64,000 nt of DNA from Octopus vulgaris. Its lineage: Eukaryota. Below are positions 1 through 15,481 of this stretch, piece after piece. Position numbers and translations under genes: made by a program. The notes under the pieces were generated by a model. The model was not told where the DNA came from and made no database searches. It saw nothing but the letters and a program-made list of their open reading frames with translations. The stretch spans positions 48,856,001 to 48,920,000 of the forward strand of contig OX597820.1 of the NCBI GenBank assembly GCA_951406725.2. The letters are read 5' to 3'. Every line of letters starts with the position of its first letter. Positions within the stretch are counted from its first letter, which is position 1.

Positions 1-2028
1 AATGTTTGTGTAAATTTATTAGTGAATAAACATGCAAGACGATGAGTTTCCTGACGATGTTTTGTTGGTTTACAATGTAATTGAATTTTGATATAATGAA
101 TGAAAAGCGGCGTTTCAACTCTACGAATAAAAACATTGAAAAATTCTTTAAAGATGGAATTAGTCATTGGATAAAAAAAAAACAAAAGAAAAACTCAAAT
201 GAAAATTATGAATTTTCTTACGATATATTGCGTATATAGTTAGTTGGCTTGTAATTAGTTTACATGCGATATAATTATTCGTAATGAATTTGCAGCGAGT
301 AACTGTCACGTACTAGGGTAGATACCTCCCGTTAAATAGACAGTATGCTCCATGGACAAACACCTCGAAAATATACTCAACTGTTTCTATGCCAGTTTTC
401 TCTTCTTCTATAGTATAGAATCACAGCACTTTTCAAGAAAACATATTGCATTTCACCCGACTGTACGCACACACACACACACACATTGTATATTGACATG
501 AACAAGAATAGCATGCAAGTAAAATCCTCACGCGTGTTACAGATTCTAGGGTGTGCAATCGCTGAGTACCTTTCCGAGTGAATGCACATCTTCAACACAA
601 ACAGCTTGCATCGCGAATATCTGCTCTCATATTCATTTCCCAAAAAATATTTCAGATCCCAGTAGCAACTGAAATCACGCAAGACTAAAATCTGGAAATG
701 GATTCTGTTACATATCATTTTTTAAATATCTCATTTTTTTTAAAAATTTCTCTTGCGATTCGTGGCTTTAAGCCAATATTTATGAATATTCTGGATGCTT
801 GAGATTTATAAACACTTGGAATTTCCGGTTCTGTAGTTGACTAAATTCTCATTTGATCGATTGCAAATTTATGCGATAGTGACGTTGAATTATTTTAAGA
901 ATTAATGATAAGACAACTTGATTAATGGTTAATATTTCAGTGAATCAAATTGACTAATTACTAATTGTAAATATGATTATTTATTTGGGCAAATTGAGTG
1001 AAGTAAAGAGAAAGTGCCAATAATTAAAGAAATTGTCTACTGTACTACTAAATATTAGACATTTGGTCGGTTGGTTATATTAGTAATTAGAAATTTAAAT
1101 ATATAAGACAGTAGAGATTAACAAGCTATTAATGTTGATGAACAATAATTTAATAGAATGACAGATATTTGTTTTATAATTTAGTCAAAAAGAAGTGAGT
1201 AATATAGGAGGACAGGCAGTTCGATATGAATTATCGCATCCTGGACTAGTGATTGTTTGATGTTACTTTGATGTCTGTGAAAAGTACAGAGACCAGAGTT
1301 GCAACCCGTTGAAATTCTAAAAGAACGAAAGGCTGTAATGGATATCTAATACAGCTTATAATAATTGAGTGAAAGAAACTATAACCTTAAGATAAAGAAA
1401 CGTATCTGAGTAGGGTTGATATACAACTTAATCTTTAGAGTTTTAATACTGTTGTATTAATTCCAGAAAACACAGAGGCAAGACAACGCGTTTGTTGATA
1501 AGCTGTAGTAGCATGTGGGTATCTGAATATGTACCAATAAACCAGATGAAGATTTTGGACGTAGTCTACGCTGTTCGTGCGTTAGCCGGCAGCGTAGTCA
1601 CAGTTGATTGATTGCCAATTTACAAGTAAAATTAATGAATTCCCCCCGATGTTTAGAAATATACCGAATGACCATAGTGCAATTGTTGCTTAACGTGGAT
1701 CGATATATGTGAACGTCACATTGATTGTAATCTTGAAAAGATCAACAAGTTTCCTTTTTGGTTGATGACAGGGGGCGGACCTGATAAAGATAGATTACTA
1801 ACAAACCCGTTTGAAGGGATTAAATAAGGGAAAAAGGCGGATCTACAGAACTTAGAAATCTCATATTGAATCGCAAATATAATTGGGTAAGGTCTTTTAA
1901 AAGTCCATTTCTTCCACACATCAAACAATATAATAGAAATGATAGCGTAAAATGTATTGAGTTAAAGAGATTATAGAGACTTCGAATTAGGCTTTAAACA
2001 TATATACGCACTTTCAATATTGCTCACC

Positions 2029-2097
<69 letters not shown>

Positions 2098-2267
2098 ATT
2101 ATTATTATTAATATTATTATTATTATTATTAATATTAATATTAATATTATTATTATTAATATTATTATTATTATTATTATTAATATTATTATTATTATTA
2201 TTAATATTAATATTCTTATTATTAATATCATTATTATTATTAATATTAATATTATTATTATTATCAA

Positions 2268-2346
<79 letters not shown>
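2029..2346. repeat. (ATT)n microsatellite
   Basis: Directly visible; explains the poly-I/L/N ORFs. Confidence 0.97.
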
Positions 2347-2347
<1 letters not shown>

Positions 2348-2903
2348 GAGATAGAGCTAGGAAAAGGTGATCTATTAATTAGTTACTTCTCTTTATGTTC
2401 TGTACCCTGTGAGACAGACTAGACTTTCTATTATTTGTTGTTTGAAATACCACCAAAGTATTAAGATAAAAAAAATAGATTAAAGGGCCAATTATATATA
2501 TATATATATATAACTTTATTCTTTTAATATTAAGAGAATTGTGGTTATCACACGTATTTATTTGTACATTTATTTATTAATCGATTAGTTAGTGAAAGGA
2601 AGCATTGTTTTCTGATTTTCAGGTGGTCTCCTAAATACTTAGCATCACATTAAATATTGTATCGAACAAGAAACATGAAATGTGTTCCCCCTTATAGGAT
2701 TTGATATCACAATGTAAAAATACACCACTAAAAGCTTTTACAGAAAAATGCCCTGCACCGCGACAATTAAGTTACGCGATAAACTAGTATGAGAGAGAGC
2801 CGAGACCGAGCTTCTGTTTGTTTTCCACTAGGTACATACTGAAAATAAGCGAATGCATAAAATCATCGTATACTTTAACAAACCGTAGCGTCTACTCGCC
2901 TGC

Positions 2904-2934
<31 letters not shown>

Positions 2935-2937
<3 letters not shown>

Positions 2938-3120
2938 AGAATTCACGAAAAATAAAAAACAAAAGACGAAGATAAGTGGTGTAGAAAACAAACAGATGTA
3001 TTAGTATAACGCTCAGGAATTGAAAAAGTCTTTTACGTTTCGAGCCTACGCTCTTCTACAGAAAGGAACACAGAAAGAAACAAGGAGAGAAAAAATGTGT
3101 GTAGTGGCTACCGATCTATC
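2935..3120 (-). mobile_element. Short HHR-bearing Penelope-like/retrozyme 3' remnant embedded in (TA)n
   Basis: Flanked on both sides by (TA)n and contains an HHR-like motif. Shares GCTCGAAACGT...CCT(G/A)AGCG...T-rich tail with the copies at 38528 and 41965. Confidence 0.6.
3030..3065 (-). ncRNA. Minimal type I hammerhead ribozyme motif, variant core
   Basis: Minus strand reads CTTT-CTGTAGA-A-GAGC(GTAG)GCTC-GAAA-CG-TA/AAAG. Helices I and II pair; core CUGUAGA deviates from CUGANGA. Confidence 0.55.
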
Positions 3121-3141
3121 ATATATATATATATACATATA

Positions 3142-4572
3142 TAAACTGCACTTCAAAACTATTATTGAAATCCAAATAAAAATTAGATAATAATTTTTAA
3201 AAAACGCAAAGAGCCAGAAACTTCCTGTTCAATAATACAACGCCAGGTTGGATAATATTGCGAAAATTATGTAAATCAGGGAAATTATGATATATTTCAA
3301 TGATATTCTTATGCAATACACCAACAATAGTGTGTTTGACCACTACCTTTCTGAATTCGAAGACACGAGATTTCATGCTCCCAATCAACGTCTGCAGCAG
3401 ATCAAGTGGAAGCTCTTTCCATGTATTCTTTATTGTCGTTTGAAGTTCATCAACAAATAAATACTGCTTACCTTCGCTGTACACAACATTCATGAGATAT
3501 CCCAAAACATTCTCTATAGGATTATTGTCGGAACTTCTTGCTGTCCTTGGCAAGATTTCAACCCCAATTTGATGGATGAAATCCAAACTTGCCTTTACTT
3601 TATGAATAGGAGAATTGTCCTGTTGAAATACAAAGTTCTCACTATGGAGCCTTCTTCCTTTTTCGTCAATGTGCACCCAGTTCAACTTATTGATAACAGC
3701 ATTGAAACGGCTATCTATGGTGTCAAGTGGCAGCTTCTGATTGTCAGGTATTGCCCCCTACTCCATAAGACCTCCGCTGTTCTGCCACCTGGAATAAGTA
3801 CTATTTTGTATACACTTATATGCTCAGTAATACTTATAATCGTCTGGGGACAATCCAAATTCCATTTTTCTCATCAGAGAACTCTGGTCTATTCACCATC
3901 TCACGTCTGATGCTGCTGAGCAAACTCCGTGCTAACAGCTTTGTCATAGCTGCTTCTTCAGCTGGAAACCATGGTTCAAAATCACTCTTCTTACGATAAA
4001 TGTCGAGGCTCCTACTCTTGCTGATACCTTGAATTAGGAAATAGAAGAGCAGCGTGACTTCACAGCTCTGACAATGGCCCTTTCCTCTCTTTCTGATTTA
4101 GCCTTGGGACGTCCACCAACATGGACCATGTTGTAGCCGTCAGAATCTCAGAAAATTGTCCACTGGCGTCCTGCTTCGTCGAATCTTCTCGGCAATCTTC
4201 CGTTACGCATTCCTTTCACTTTTTGTGCAAGAATCATCCCTTGCTCAGTTTCGGAAAGCTTTGTAGCATTAAGCAAACTGGAAGTGCAATCTGATCACGG
4301 AGAATACGATTGAGTCTAATATTTTCTGAAACAATCTGGAAAGGAATGAATATTTATTTGTGGCTTTATAGTTTAGATGTGTTAATATGCTAGGAAAAAT
4401 TGGAAAATCAAATATTGTAATGTGATATTAAAGATACAAGTCATACATTTCAATGTATTCACAATATACCCATTTACAATATATTATGACCACTCGTCCA
4501 CTTAAATTACAGAGCTAAATTCCTCAGTAACTTCAAAAAACACGTGGGTTTATAGTATTGAATAGTAGTTTA
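3142..4572 (-). mobile_element. Decayed Tc1/Tc3-like DNA transposon (DD34E)
   Basis: Degenerate TIRs TAAACTGCACTTCAAAACTAT / revcomp TAAACTACTATTCAATACTAT with TA ends; transposase fragments inside. Confidence 0.85.
3330..4270 (-). pseudogene. Tc3-like transposase pseudogene (frameshifted)
   Basis: N-terminal HTH-like ATKLSETEQGMILA..RKIAEKIRRSRT..GGRP; FSDEK..NLDCP near 3850-3880; FQQDNSPIH...SSDNNPIENV with 34 residues between D and E. Confidence 0.9.
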
Positions 4573-5746
4573 ATGCTTCACCAGTACTTACTTGGTATTG
4601 GTTATCATTTTATTTTGTACTCAACAGTCTTTAAAAATCTTATTTTAGAAAATATTTGAGCCACCGAAATATTTCTTTACAATAAATCAATTTCGACAAG
4701 AATTATTTGTATGGTGACAGCGTGTAACCATTCAGAAACGCAGAAGGACTGTTAACTTCACTTGAAATCTTTTTGTAATATGGGTTCAAAAGTTTTCGTC
4801 CCTCGAACTTACACGCTGTTCGCTGATAATGTTACTGGTATACGGGGTTTGTGATATATTTTATAACATCTTCTTCTTCAATGAATGACTGAATATGGTG
4901 TGGCATAGAGGAATCCAACACGTGATTCTACAAAAGATTGCTGTAAGACAAGGAGATCTCGACTGCGGCCTCCAGTTGTACGCCCACTTTTAAATTAGCC
5001 CTGTAGTTTCTTTCAGAGTTTCATGTTAGAAGATTTATCTGGTTCAGCAGTCATACTTATGTGACGTTCGTCAACCTAACAAGAACTGCGGTTTCTTTTG
5101 GCGTTTTGCAGCTGCAGAAGTCAGCTGCAATATAAATTTTACATCACAAATAACTTTTCGAGAGACAGAAGCAAAAACTACTACAAGATATCAGACCGCT
5201 GTCGCAGTTGTGATTGTGAAGAAAAACTATGGAGCAACGCAGACACACACATATACACACACACACACAAACAAAGAAACACACACACATATATATTATA
5301 TAAAATTTTTAGCTGTTTTAGTATCGCATAAATGCGCTCAGAAATTATTATCATAATATTTAATTAGTTATATACTAACACTTTTTAATCTGCAATAGTC
5401 ATTCTGGAAATTACTGGGATTGGAAAGAAGTACCACTAGTCCTTGCATTAAGAATAGGTATAAAAATTCTTTGATTACTAACTCTTTCTATAATATTCAA
5501 ATCTCTGGAGACACACGTGCACATACTGACGCACGTATTCGTGTACTCACACATACATGTACATACACAAGTATGCTTACTCATTAATGCTAATAATATC
5601 GAGCCACATCAAACAATAACAAAAGTCTGATCGAGCACATATAGAGCGTTTACATATACGTACACACACACACACACACACACACATATATGTATACATT
5701 GACATGTATACTCTCACACACTCACACACACACATATATGAATATA

Positions 5747-5777
<31 letters not shown>

Positions 5778-7076
5778 ATATACATATATATATATATACA
5801 TATAGACGTTGAGAAACACGCATGTTAAAGCTAATGATATATATGAAGCTACATCAAACGAAAGTATCACACAAGGATTTATAGACCGTGTACAACGTGG
5901 TTACTAACAGTCTCTAATCGAATTTTTCATTAATGGTAAGACTAAGAATTTACATCCAAACTACTGTCGACTTCACAAAGAAATCTGCTAGTGGTGATGC
6001 TGACGATAGCAATATAGTAATATTGGAAGGAAATATTCCGAAACAATAACAGTCTTTAATGCTAACCGCAATTACTTAAATGGCATTCGTTTGTGTCCGA
6101 ATATATTATACAAGACAACGAAACGTTTTTTGTAGGATAAATGCTCGGTATAAATGTACAGAACAGGAATATATAAAATTATATGCATTGATGTCATACG
6201 GTTAAATGGAAAACCTGACATGTTTCATCATAAATTATTTATTGCTCTAAGGAGAGTTGCTGACTGTAAAAACAGCGAAGTTCTGGATTAAATTCATCAA
6301 CATACTTACGTTTCCTCTTCTTCAACATTCTGAGTCCAAATTTAAGCTAGGTCGACATTGATTTTCGAGCTGCTGAATATAATTCAGATATGCAAATTGT
6401 ATACCAAACTATAGTGGTATTTATTAACTCAGATATTACCATATTTTCTTCAATTTATATTTGTTATATATCTAAAAAGATTATGGAGTTCCAGAGTTCT
6501 GAAGAATGTGGAACCATATCTTAGCCAATATTGATCCCACGACTACCATGAAGTCACCTGAACAAGGGTACGTTGAAATCGGGGGATGCAACATGGTGGG
6601 TGTGAACTATTTCGGTAAGCAAATACCGAATATCAGGCAGAGTCTTTATGTAAATGATAAGTAGACGCACTAGTTCTGTTTCATTTTATCATTATTATGT
6701 TTGCTGAATTCGTTAACATTTAACCAATTAACTGACTGTTTGATTAATCGCTCGGTTGAACAATCAGCCAATCAATCAACTAGGTACCGTAGTTCAGTAT
6801 AAAATTATTTTAATCTTACTAAGCACGACAATATGTCCGACTGCATTTCTGGTCCAGAAACTAGCTTTTCCAGTGCGAAATATTACTTAAATTTTGATAA
6901 ATTTATCTCTGTAAAGGAAACGTAGTAGTCACAAAACTTCTGTTCTGTTAAGCGAAGGACATGAAATATATTGCAAAATTCTATTGAGAATAAGTTCTCA
7001 AGCGTCCAGCTTTTGCATACCGTGAAATATTATTCCAAAACGAATCATACTATGTCACAAACTGTTCAGGTTTGAA

Positions 7077-7405
<329 letters not shown>

Positions 7406-7757
7406 AAAAGGAGTACTTGAAGAAGACCTGTTACTCTCGTGCTACATAGGTTTGATAATTAGAGTCACGAGTAGCCATAAAAGCTTGCTCAGCCCTCCCA
7501 AACTAAAAGCAACCAAGTGGGACAGCGAGTATGTGTCACTCATGGTCAAATCTCGCAGCGACACCGCTCTGCTGATACTAACACGGAATGAAATGTTTCC
7601 GTCAGACTCAAGTCACAAATCACGGGCCATGAGCTCAATATCCAAACGAATTCGTTACGCACGCGCTCACACAAACACGGAATATTTATATTGTTTATCT
7701 ATTATTTTCATACCTATATGTGCATGTGTCTATGTGAATTTGTGTATATCACTCTGT

Positions 7758-7815
<58 letters not shown>

Positions 7816-8094
7816 AGGATAAGATCGTTATTTAAATATCGATCTTATCACCATGGGAATAAACACCCGCAAAGGTAATAATTATTATTAAAATTATAAT
7901 TTAGGGTATCTAAGAGGAAATAGCAGCAATAACTTGACTCTAAAATTTAATGTGGTTTTAGAGTCATCTTTTGGCTGCAAAAGATCAGCTTAGGTGACAG
8001 GGCCAGAATTACCACAGCTAACACCTACTCAGATATCGTACCCATATTCCTACTGAACATTGGAGGTCTGCTAAAACTCAAGAACAGAGCAGCT

Positions 8095-8530
8095 CACCGC
8101 CATGCCGTTAAAGAAACGTTGAAATTCATCTTTCACCTCGTCGTCATTGCTGAAGCGCAATTTCGGCGAAATGTTCTTTCAACATAGGGAACAGGTGGTA
8201 GTCACTGGGTGCCAAGTCCGGACTATAAGGTGGGGTGCCGTTTATTGTTTTCTGTGAACGTTCGTGGGACCCATCTTGCGCTCATCATTCAATATTGCAG
8301 CTTTTCACTGAAAAACCTATGGATGGTGCTTTGGGAAAGCTCAGGAAACAAAATGCGGAGATCATCCAGAGTGATCGGCCGATTTTCATGCAGGATTTGC
8401 TCAACCTTCGTGACTGTCTCGTCGAAAATTGATGGTCGCTTGTTTCTTTCTTCGACATAAATTCCAGTATGTCTATCTGCAAAATCCCTTCACCACTTGC
8501 GGGTCGTTTTTGTCATCCATGCATCACTCA
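8095..8530 (-). mobile_element. Internally deleted mariner transposase remnant
   Basis: Minus strand encodes ..RPSIFDETVTKVEQILHENRPITLDDL..SARWVPRTFTENNK, fused directly to a PYSPDLAPSDYHLFPMLKEH..RFSNDDEVK segment. WVP and YSPDLAPSD are mariner signatures; the catalytic middle is missing. Confidence 0.88.
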
Positions 8531-8571
8531 CCATACTTCTGTTAATTGGTGGTGAATTTCGAGCTTTATTC

Positions 8572-9036
8572 TCTGTGAGCACTACATCATCTGCATAATG
8601 TGGAAAATATTCTATCGGCATTGCCCAAATGATGTTGGCATTACCTTTGAAATACAGCCAAAACATGGGGCCCGTGCTATCAGTCCACGACATAAATCAT
8701 TCCCGCATCACATAACAACAATACGGCACAATTATTTCTCTGCAACTGGCCCCACTGACTTTAAGATTACACCAAAAAACACATTAAGGCAGGAACAGAC
8801 CCCATAAAGTTCAAGAATTCATTGGACAAATTCCTTCAAGATATCCCGGACAAACCTCTGACACCTAGATATGTCTCTCGAAACAAAAACTTCTTACTCA
8901 AGTGGGCCATGTTGTCCGATTCCTGATTTAAATGACTTCGTCTGGTAGTGCTATTAGGTTACAGATGGCCTGGGCCAATACTGGCTGAAACCTATCAAAA
9001 TATCAAATCTATCAAAGTATCAAAGTACCTAAGTAT
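8572..9036 (+). mobile_element. 5'-truncated CR1/L2-group LINE 3' end
   Basis: EHYIICIMWKIFYRHCPND...YFSATGP...FKNSLDKFLQDIPDKP..RY..N.LL.W resembles the CR1-type ORF2 C-terminus; followed by a short (TATCAAA)-like tail. Confidence 0.75.
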
Positions 9037-9044
9037 ACCTGTCC

Positions 9045-9300
<256 letters not shown>

Positions 9301-9384
9301 GCGAAAGAAGATGAAGAAAATAGTACTCGATTGCCGGAGGTAGACAAATAGATTTTATTAATAAAATATAGATAGATATAGATA

Positions 9385-9695
9385 GGCGCAGGAGTGGCTG
9401 TGTGGTAAGTAGCTTGCTAACCAACCACATGGTTCCGGATTCAGTCCCACTGCGTGGCATCTTGAGCAAGTGTCTTCTGCTATAGCCTCGGGCCGACCAA
9501 TGCCTTGTGAGGGGATTTCGTAGACGGAAACTGAAAGAAGCCTGTCGTATATATATGTATATATATATATATGTATGTGTGTGTATGTGTTTGTGTGTTT
9601 GTCCCCCTAGCGGATGCTGGTTTCGATTTGGTCGGCTAAAGGCGGTGCTCCAGCATGGCCGCAGTCAAATGACTGAAACAAGTAAAAGAGTAAAG
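9385..9695 (+). mobile_element. tRNA-derived SINE, family 1
   Basis: A-box TGGCTGTGTGGT, B-box-like GATTCAGTCC, body ..GTAGACGGAAACTGAAAGAAGCC; multiple copies in the window. Confidence 0.9.
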
Positions 9696-9850
9696 AGAGG
9701 GAGAGAGAGATATATAGATAGATAGATTAATTGATAGATGCGATCAATAATGTTCCCATCACTAACGCTGCTTTTAATTCGTTATTGAACTTAATCTAAC
9801 TCTTGCATCGCCATGGCACAATATGCAATGGTTTTTAAACTATCTACATA

Positions 9851-9885
<35 letters not shown>

Positions 9886-10160
9886 GATGCCAATTCGATT
9901 GGCACACAGTTCGATTCAGGTACGTGATGTTGATAAGCCGCAAAAATGGCGAAATATAGGCATACTTATTCGATCCGCGGGGAGTTGTCTCGCCTATTTC
10001 CAAGAGTGTTTTGAGAGAATCGTCCGCAAACGATATACTAGAGCGAATCCGGTGAACAGAGTACATACAACAAATCTGTGCGATAGATAATGGCTAAACA
10101 CACACATACACAAATAATCTATATACACAAATATAGATATGCATATGTAAATATACCTAA

Positions 10161-10195
<35 letters not shown>

Positions 10196-10449
10196 TGTAT
10201 ATGTGCGTGAGCTGACTCTAAAACATATATGTAATCAGTTATATTCACTGATTTGCATTATTCTGTATTACTTAACATAAACAACATCATGAAATTTCCT
10301 ACCTAACCACACAGAAACCACATAAAAAAAAATGCGCGCGCACGCACACCCACACATACACTCACACATTTATGCACTCATATATATATATATATATCTA
10401 ATGTGTCCACAGAAAAACTTATATATCGATATACATGCAAATATGCATA

Positions 10450-10515
<66 letters not shown>

Positions 10516-10572
10516 TCGAAAGATAGATAAATAGACAGATAGATAAATATATATATATATATACATACACAC

Positions 10573-10615
<43 letters not shown>

Positions 10616-12770
10616 CACACACACACATAAATATATATACATGTATATATATATATATATGCATATTTATGGGCGTATATTCCTACCAACGTGCGTGCGC
10701 GCATATGGACCTGTATTTACGGAGTCATACTTCCACATAAAGAAATATATATACAATATTATACACGTATATGGATTTCCTTTAATCTGGTTCGTCCTGA
10801 TATAATAAAGCTATCGAAATTAGCCATATTGATAAAAGTGCTATAAATCCTTAAGTTAACCCGTCGAAGCAATCAAAGTTAGTGACGTGTGTTTTAAACT
10901 TAGCAATTCCGCCATGATATATCGCTGATATTGTCACATTTGACCAACTAAGCAATCATGATATCTTTTCAGGCAGCGATTCTCAACATTTACCGTCTGT
11001 TCAGTTAATCCCATCAATCAGGCCTCTTTGCGCTACTGGCTCTTTCATACCCTTCATCTCACCTACATACAGTTCTCTTTCGACCTCCACCTCTCTCGTT
11101 GATTGTACATGAGTGCGCATATGCGCGCGCACATAAACGCACACATGCACACACATACACACACACACACACGCTCTCAATCTCTCTTACACACACATCA
11201 TCGTATGTTTGTCTGTCTGTCTCTCTCTCTATATATATATATATATAGACAGAGAGAGAAATAGATAAAGACAGTGAGTTATGCGGATCATATTGTACAG
11301 GCACACACACACAGAGACTCGTATATATATATATATATATATATATAGGAGAGAGAGAGATAGACAGAGAGAAAGAGGGAGTGAGAGAGAGAGATACATA
11401 CACTTATATAATATACATGACGACCAATTGCCAGTTGAATTTGAAATTCTTGCCGCATAATAAAATATTTAAATAATTAAATATTTAAAATGCAGGGTGG
11501 TCGTGCTGTTTTCTCGATGAATGTTATAATTCCTGTTTAACTTAGTGTTTAATTAAATATTTTCAGTTATTTGCGTCTGTGTGCGCGTGTGCATGTGTGT
11601 GTGTATGTGTGTGTTGGTGTGATTATAAGAAATGCACGAATACAATTTCCATGTTTATTCGTCAAACAGTTTTTAGTTTTGACCAATATTAAGGTAAATT
11701 TTATAAAGACTATTTACTTTGACCATACACATATATCTCTCTACCTACGTTTTTGCTTACCTCTATTTCTTTTTCTTTTCTACTCTCTTTTTACAGCATT
11801 ATTGCACGTTCGCACAGAAACACAAATATATCAAAAATAAGATGTAATATATTATGCAAGGATTTATTTTTGTTACAGTAAATGAACTTATCTATACATG
11901 TGTATAATTTAACCTTGGTGTGCAAAAAGGTGCTGTAATTTCAATGTTTCTTACTTGAAGAATTTCTGAGCGAGGTACATACGAATAAAATATCACAAAC
12001 ACATTCCCATGTTCATATAATCACATCAGCAGACGCACACACATATCCTGTCGTGAATTCAGTTGCATACATCGACTAAAATATATCAACTGCTACTCGA
12101 TATATGACCCTGCGAGCTTACAATTTTATGTACACGTATTTTATTTTATATATATTCCTATATATTCCTGGCATATTTGGGTATTTCTAAGATGAATACG
12201 ATATATTGATATATAATTTGGAATATAAATCAAATTCTTGTCACATTCCATCAGCGTTATATAGTGTCTATAAACATAGACTACATATTGCCAGTTCGAC
12301 CGGTAATGCTCTCTGTATACCGTTTTCATTATCTTTACGTTTTACACTCATCTTCTTTAAATTAAATGTTATTCATCTTGTATATGTCAACGAAAAGCCT
12401 ATATTTCTTTTTCTGCAAAGAGATATGGCGACATGTGCTGAATCTGTTGTTGTTTAGTTGATGTCAATGTTTTTGCAACTGCTGTTTTTTGTCTTGGTTT
12501 TTTAAATTGTTAGGTTCATTTATTATTATTTATTCTACGTTATCATTGTTCTTGTCGCCTTCTGATCACCGTACATGCAGATAGAAAAGACCTATGACAT
12601 GCTAATTGCCATTTGAGTGACCTGATGACGTCCCTGTATTTTCCTACACCACAATATCCCATAGCTCTTCTTGCACGAGGAATGTATGTGATCATTCTGA
12701 CATACATAAGTGTGTTCTCGTGAAAAAGTTTCCGTGTGGTGCATTCTCTTTACGGAAGCATCGTGTTTGA

Positions 12771-12867
12771 ATTGTCAAGTGTTTCACTTTCCAATGAAGA
12801 GATTCCCGGGTTCTATCCCACTGCGTAGCATCTTATCAAGTTCCTATTAATACTACATCAGGTCAAG
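12771..12867 (+). mobile_element. Degenerate SINE family 1 head
   Basis: CCGGGTTCTATCCCACTGCGTAGCATCTT matches the 9385 copy. Confidence 0.6.
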
Positions 12868-13892
12868 TGGCTTCTAAGGTACATCCTTCAAACATATTGT
12901 GTCACGTCAATCCTACCTCAAAATTCTTTAAGGGAACACTTGTCAGTAGTATTTCTAGACGCTTCTCCAAAGAGCAGGTAACTAAATTGTGTGGACTACT
13001 GAATGGTCATCGACGACTTATCCTACCAATATGCCTGCACATTCGACTTAAACTGCGAAGTACGTCTGTACATTCTGTTTTTACTAAATTCGACGTGAGT
13101 ATAGCGGTATTCATATGAAAATAAAATTAGAACAATTTTTAATATGACAAATGGTTCTTATCCACATTTATAACTAGGATTTAAATCCATCTCTTCTTGG
13201 AAATGGAAAGATTAGTAATATTTGTGCACATCATTACCACCTTCGGCATTACATCTTCCACCATCTTCGTTGCCATAAATTTCAAATTCGCAAATACTGC
13301 TTTTACTCCCTACCACCGTTACTAAGATCATCTCGACAGCTTTTACCGTCAACTACATCACTATAACATCACAAGGGCCATATACGCCAGCACTGATAAC
13401 TTTACGGCTGAATCCCTTCGAAATCATTACTAGAGTCTCCCATTGATCAATCTCAATCATTCTTCTAACCACAACGCTATCATTTACTTTCATTGTATAC
13501 TGCCATAATGTTAAGAGAGAACTAATCTAGTAGTATGCAATTGCCAAAGAGGTATCAGCAAAGACATACACTAGAACTAACTTTCTTAAAAGCCACTTAT
13601 CATTATAACCAGAGGAAATAGGTATATTGGGTTGTGGCGAAGTAGATACCTGGGTAAGTAGGTTCATAATTGTATATAAACATATAGGTTTACAACACAA
13701 ACTCACACACACATATACACATCTATGTACATTTCATATATGTACACATATATCTATCTATCAATCTGTACATATACAAAGAAAATAGATGTCTAACTAT
13801 GTATTTACATTATAGATATCGTTACATAAATGAAGATGTAAGTAGTCAGACGCATGACTTCATATGAACATATACACAGGTGTATGTCTTGC

Positions 13893-13894
<2 letters not shown>

Positions 13895-13936
<42 letters not shown>

Positions 13937-13937
13937 C

Positions 13938-13997
<60 letters not shown>

Positions 13998-14244
13998 GCA
14001 TATATCTATATATATATGCATATGTATATATATATGTGTGTGTATATATATAAGTATATATATATATATATATGTATGTATATATGTTATATGTATATAT
14101 ATATATATATATGTTTATATATATATATACATATACATATATATGCATATTATATATATATATATGTATATATATATATGTTATATGTATATATATATAT
14201 ATATATGTTTATATATATATATACATATACATATATATGCATAT

Positions 14245-14291
<47 letters not shown>

Positions 14292-14300
14292 GTGTGAGTG
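13895..14300. repeat. Compound (TA)n/(TG)n tract with internal duplicated block
   Basis: Directly visible. Confidence 0.9.
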
Positions 14301-15214
14301 TGTACTAATGAAATTACGCAGAAATCTGAAGCAATATATTAGATGAGCAGCATCTAATGGTATGTTATATACATGTAAACTCAATATATAGACGGAGACT
14401 GTGTCTCTTTTTTATTCCATATACACCTTCTCTTACTACTTATATATTACCATATGTATGTGTTTCGTGTGTGTGTGTGTGTGTGTTTGTGTCCACAGTT
14501 TAGGTCAAAACGCTATAACCGTTTTTAACATATCATTAGGTTTCTTGTTGTGTGCATGCATCAGTTTCATTTAAGGTATACACACACACACACACATATA
14601 TATATATACACACACCCTATTATTCGTACACCCGCACAAAATATGAATATTATGATACATTCCCCAAATATTCCTGCAGGTATATTTATAATCATACATA
14701 CATACATACATATGTACATACATACATATATATATGCGTGTGTCTATTTCCACGACTGTGTAATTGCAGTGAAAAAATATGATGGCTTTATTCAACACTC
14801 ATACAATTTCCATGGGCGCTTCTTACATTCGTACACATCTCTCTCACCCTGTGTATACATATATATATATATATATATATGCATTTAACTGTATATAAGT
14901 CTATGACTCAATACGTATATGTATGCGTGTGTGTGTGTCGCTGCATGTGTGTGTGTGTGTATGTTCAACACAAGATTAAGTTGAAATGGCTTTTGCTATT
15001 TTCGTACCCGAATTTGCTCATGGTTCTGTTAATCTTTTTTTATCATTTCCTTAATGGGGTCTAACATCATAGGCTATCTCCTAGATACACAATGTTAACA
15101 TAATGTAGCATGCACCCATTCCAATACAGATACATGCTCGCACATACCCACACAACAATTCGTATGCTTTTGTGTGTATAATTCATACTCCTTAATATAT
15201 ACATTTAAGTCTAT

Positions 15215-15258
<44 letters not shown>

Positions 15259-15359
15259 AACATATAAATGTAATAATAAGTGAATACATGTAATTGAATA
15301 TGCATGTGTGTGTATGAGTATGTGTGAGTATGTGCGAATGCATATGCCTACATGTGTTC

Positions 15360-15393
<34 letters not shown>

Positions 15394-15481
15394 TCTGTTG
15401 TATTCTGTGCCGATATATGCATGTGTATATGCATATGTATGTAAGTATGTATGTATGCCTATATTACTATCCTCTGATACC

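Noticed and set aside
45-120. GAGTT..CTGACGA...GAAAAGCGGCGTTTC/AACTC hammerhead-like string
   Set aside because: No convincing helix II, and helix I is out of register.
6480-6622. Possible exon ending at GGTAAG
   Set aside because: All three frames from the candidate acceptor hit stops.
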